Position numbers and translations under genes: made by a program | In this document: positions 62,049 to 64,000 of the stretch, piece by piece | How positions within the stretch are numbered: the first letter of the stretch is position 1 | Layout: each line of letters opens with the position of its first letter | Assembly (NCBI RefSeq): GCF_036365525.1 | Contig: NW_027140453.1 | Location: 868,001-932,000 of the forward strand | DNA from: Heterodontus francisci | Lineage: Eukaryota | Direction of reading: 5' to 3' | DNA length: 64,000 nt | The notes under the pieces: model-generated | Database searches by the model: none | What the model saw: only the letters and a program-made list of their open reading frames with translations | What the model was told of the DNA's origin: nothing

Positions 62049-64000
62049 TTCCCCATCTCTCTCTCCCCCTCTATCTCCCTCTCCCCCTCTATCTCCCTCG
62101 CCCCCCTCTATCGCCCTCTCCCCTCTATCTCCCTCTCCCTCTTGATCTCCCTCTCCCCCTTGATCTCCCTCTCTCCCCTCAATCTCCCTCTCCCCCCTCG
62201 ATTTCCCTCTCCCCCCTCGATCTCCCTCTCCCCCCTCGATCTCCCTCGGCCCATCCATCTCACTCTCCCCCTCTATCTCCCTCTCCCGCTCTCTCTGCCT
62301 CTCCCCCTCTATCTACCCCTCTATCTCCCTCTCCCCCTCTAANNNNNNNNNNNNNNNNNNNNNNNNNNNNNNNNNNNNNNNNNNNNNNNNNNNNNNNNNN
62401 NNNNNNNNNNNNNNNNNNNNNNNNNNNNNNNNNNNNNNNNNNNNNNNNNNNNNNNNNNNNNNNNNNNNNNNNNNNNNNNCTCCCCCCTCTATCTACCCCA
62501 CTATCTCCCTCTCCCCCTCTAGCTCTTTCTCCCCACTCTCTCTCCCTCTCCCCTCTTTCTCCCTCCCCCTCTCTCCCTCCCCCTCTCTCTCCCACTCCCC
62601 CCTCTCTCTCCCCTTTCTCTCTCTCTCCCCCTTTCTCTCTCTCTCCCCTTTCTCTCCCTCGCCCCCTCTCCCGCCCTCTCCCCCTCTCTCGCCCTCTCCC
62701 CCTCTCTCGCCCTCTCCCCCTCTCACCCCTTCTCACCCCTCTCTCACCCCCTCTCACTCCCTCTCACCCCCTCTCTCTCCCTCTCCCCTCTCTTTCATCC
62801 CCTCCCCCTCTCTCTCTCCCCTCTCTCTCTCCCCCTCTCTCTCTCCCCCCTCTCTCTCTCCCCCATCACTCTCTTCCCCCTCTATCTCTCTCTGCCCCCT
62901 CTATATCTCTCTTCCCCCTCTATCTCTCTCTCTTCCCCTACAACTCTTTCTCCCCATCTCTCTCTGTCGTTGTCTTTCGCTATCACTGTCTCTGTCTCTC
63001 TCTCTCACTGACGCTCCCTTTCTCTCTGTTTCTTTCTGTGTCTCTATCTCTCTCTTTCTGTCTTTCTCTCTCTCTCTGACTCTCTCTCTCTCTCTCTCTT
63101 TCATTCTCTGTTACTCTTTCGCTCTTTGCTTCTGTCCATGACTCTATTTGTGTCTCTCTCGCACCATCTCTGCCATTCTCTCTCTGTATCTCTCTCTCTC
63201 ACTGTCTCTGTATCTTCCTCTCAGTATCTCTGTCTCCCTCTCTATTTCTACCGCTTCCTCTCAGTCTCTCTCTCTCTGTCCCTCCATCTGTCTTTCCCTC
63301 CCTGTCACTCCATCTCTCTCCTTCTCTCTCTGTCCCTCCATCTGTCTTTCCCTCCCTGTCACTCCCTTTCCTTCTGTTTCTGTCTCTCCCTCTCTCTCTG
63401 TCTCTCCCTCTCTCCCTCTCTTTCACTGCCTCTGTCCATAACTCTGTCTGTGTCTCTATGACACCATTTCTCCCTTTCTGTTTCCCCGTCTCTCTTTCTT
63501 TTCATCTCTCCCTTCCTCCCTCGCTCCCAATAGAGCAATGGTTTCAACCATATTTCCTTCTTTCTTTACCCCTCCCTCTCTGTCCCTCTCTCTCCTTCTA
63601 TCTCTGCCTCTGCCTCTCTCTCTGTATCCCTCAGTCCCTCCATCTGTCTTTACCTCTCTGTCACTCCCATCTCTCCTTCTATCTCTGCCTCACTCTCTTT
63701 CTATCCCTCCATCTGCCCTTCCATTCCTGTCAATCCCCCTCACTCCTTCTCTCTCTGACTCTCTCTCTCTGTCCCTCCATCTGTCCTTCCCTCCCTGTCA
63801 CTCCGTCTCTCTCCTTCTATCTCTGTCTCTCTCTCTGTCCCTCCATCTGTCTTTCCCTCCCTGACACTCCCTCTCTCTCCTTCTATCTCTGTCTCTCTCT
63901 GTCCCTCCATCTGTCTTTCCCTCCCTGACACTCCCTCTCTCTCTTTCTATCTCTGCCTCTCTCTGTCCCTCCATCTGTCTTTCACTCTCTGTCTCTCCCA

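Overview
Vertebrate genomic DNA, almost certainly a shark or other elasmobranch (CR1/L2 LINE debris, HE1-like tRNA SINEs, Deu-domain SINE, many mini- and microsatellites, four N gaps). The core is a cluster of T-cell-receptor variable segments at about 18-35 kb, most consistent with TCR beta. It has four apparently intact leader+V genes (22309-22801 minus; 24843-25738, 26956-27771 and 34541-34993 plus), two V pseudogenes, one 3' V fragment and further relics. Every recognisable RSS has a 23-bp spacer, and orientation switches between 22.8 and 24.8 kb. Four segments end in CAWS/CAWR and resemble mammalian TRBV30; three of them carry a homologous downstream CTCF-like motif. No D, J or C-domain exon was recognised, but an orphan TCR-beta-like transmembrane exon candidate lies at 5.3-5.4 kb (minus). 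To the right is an intact two-exon class A GPCR (GPR139/142-like, 324 aa, 46016-50698), followed by a YY1/NRF1/CTCF motif cluster. Most long ORFs in the supplied track are translations of tandem repeats or LINE fragments. All family assignments are by eye from recalled motifs; no database search was run.
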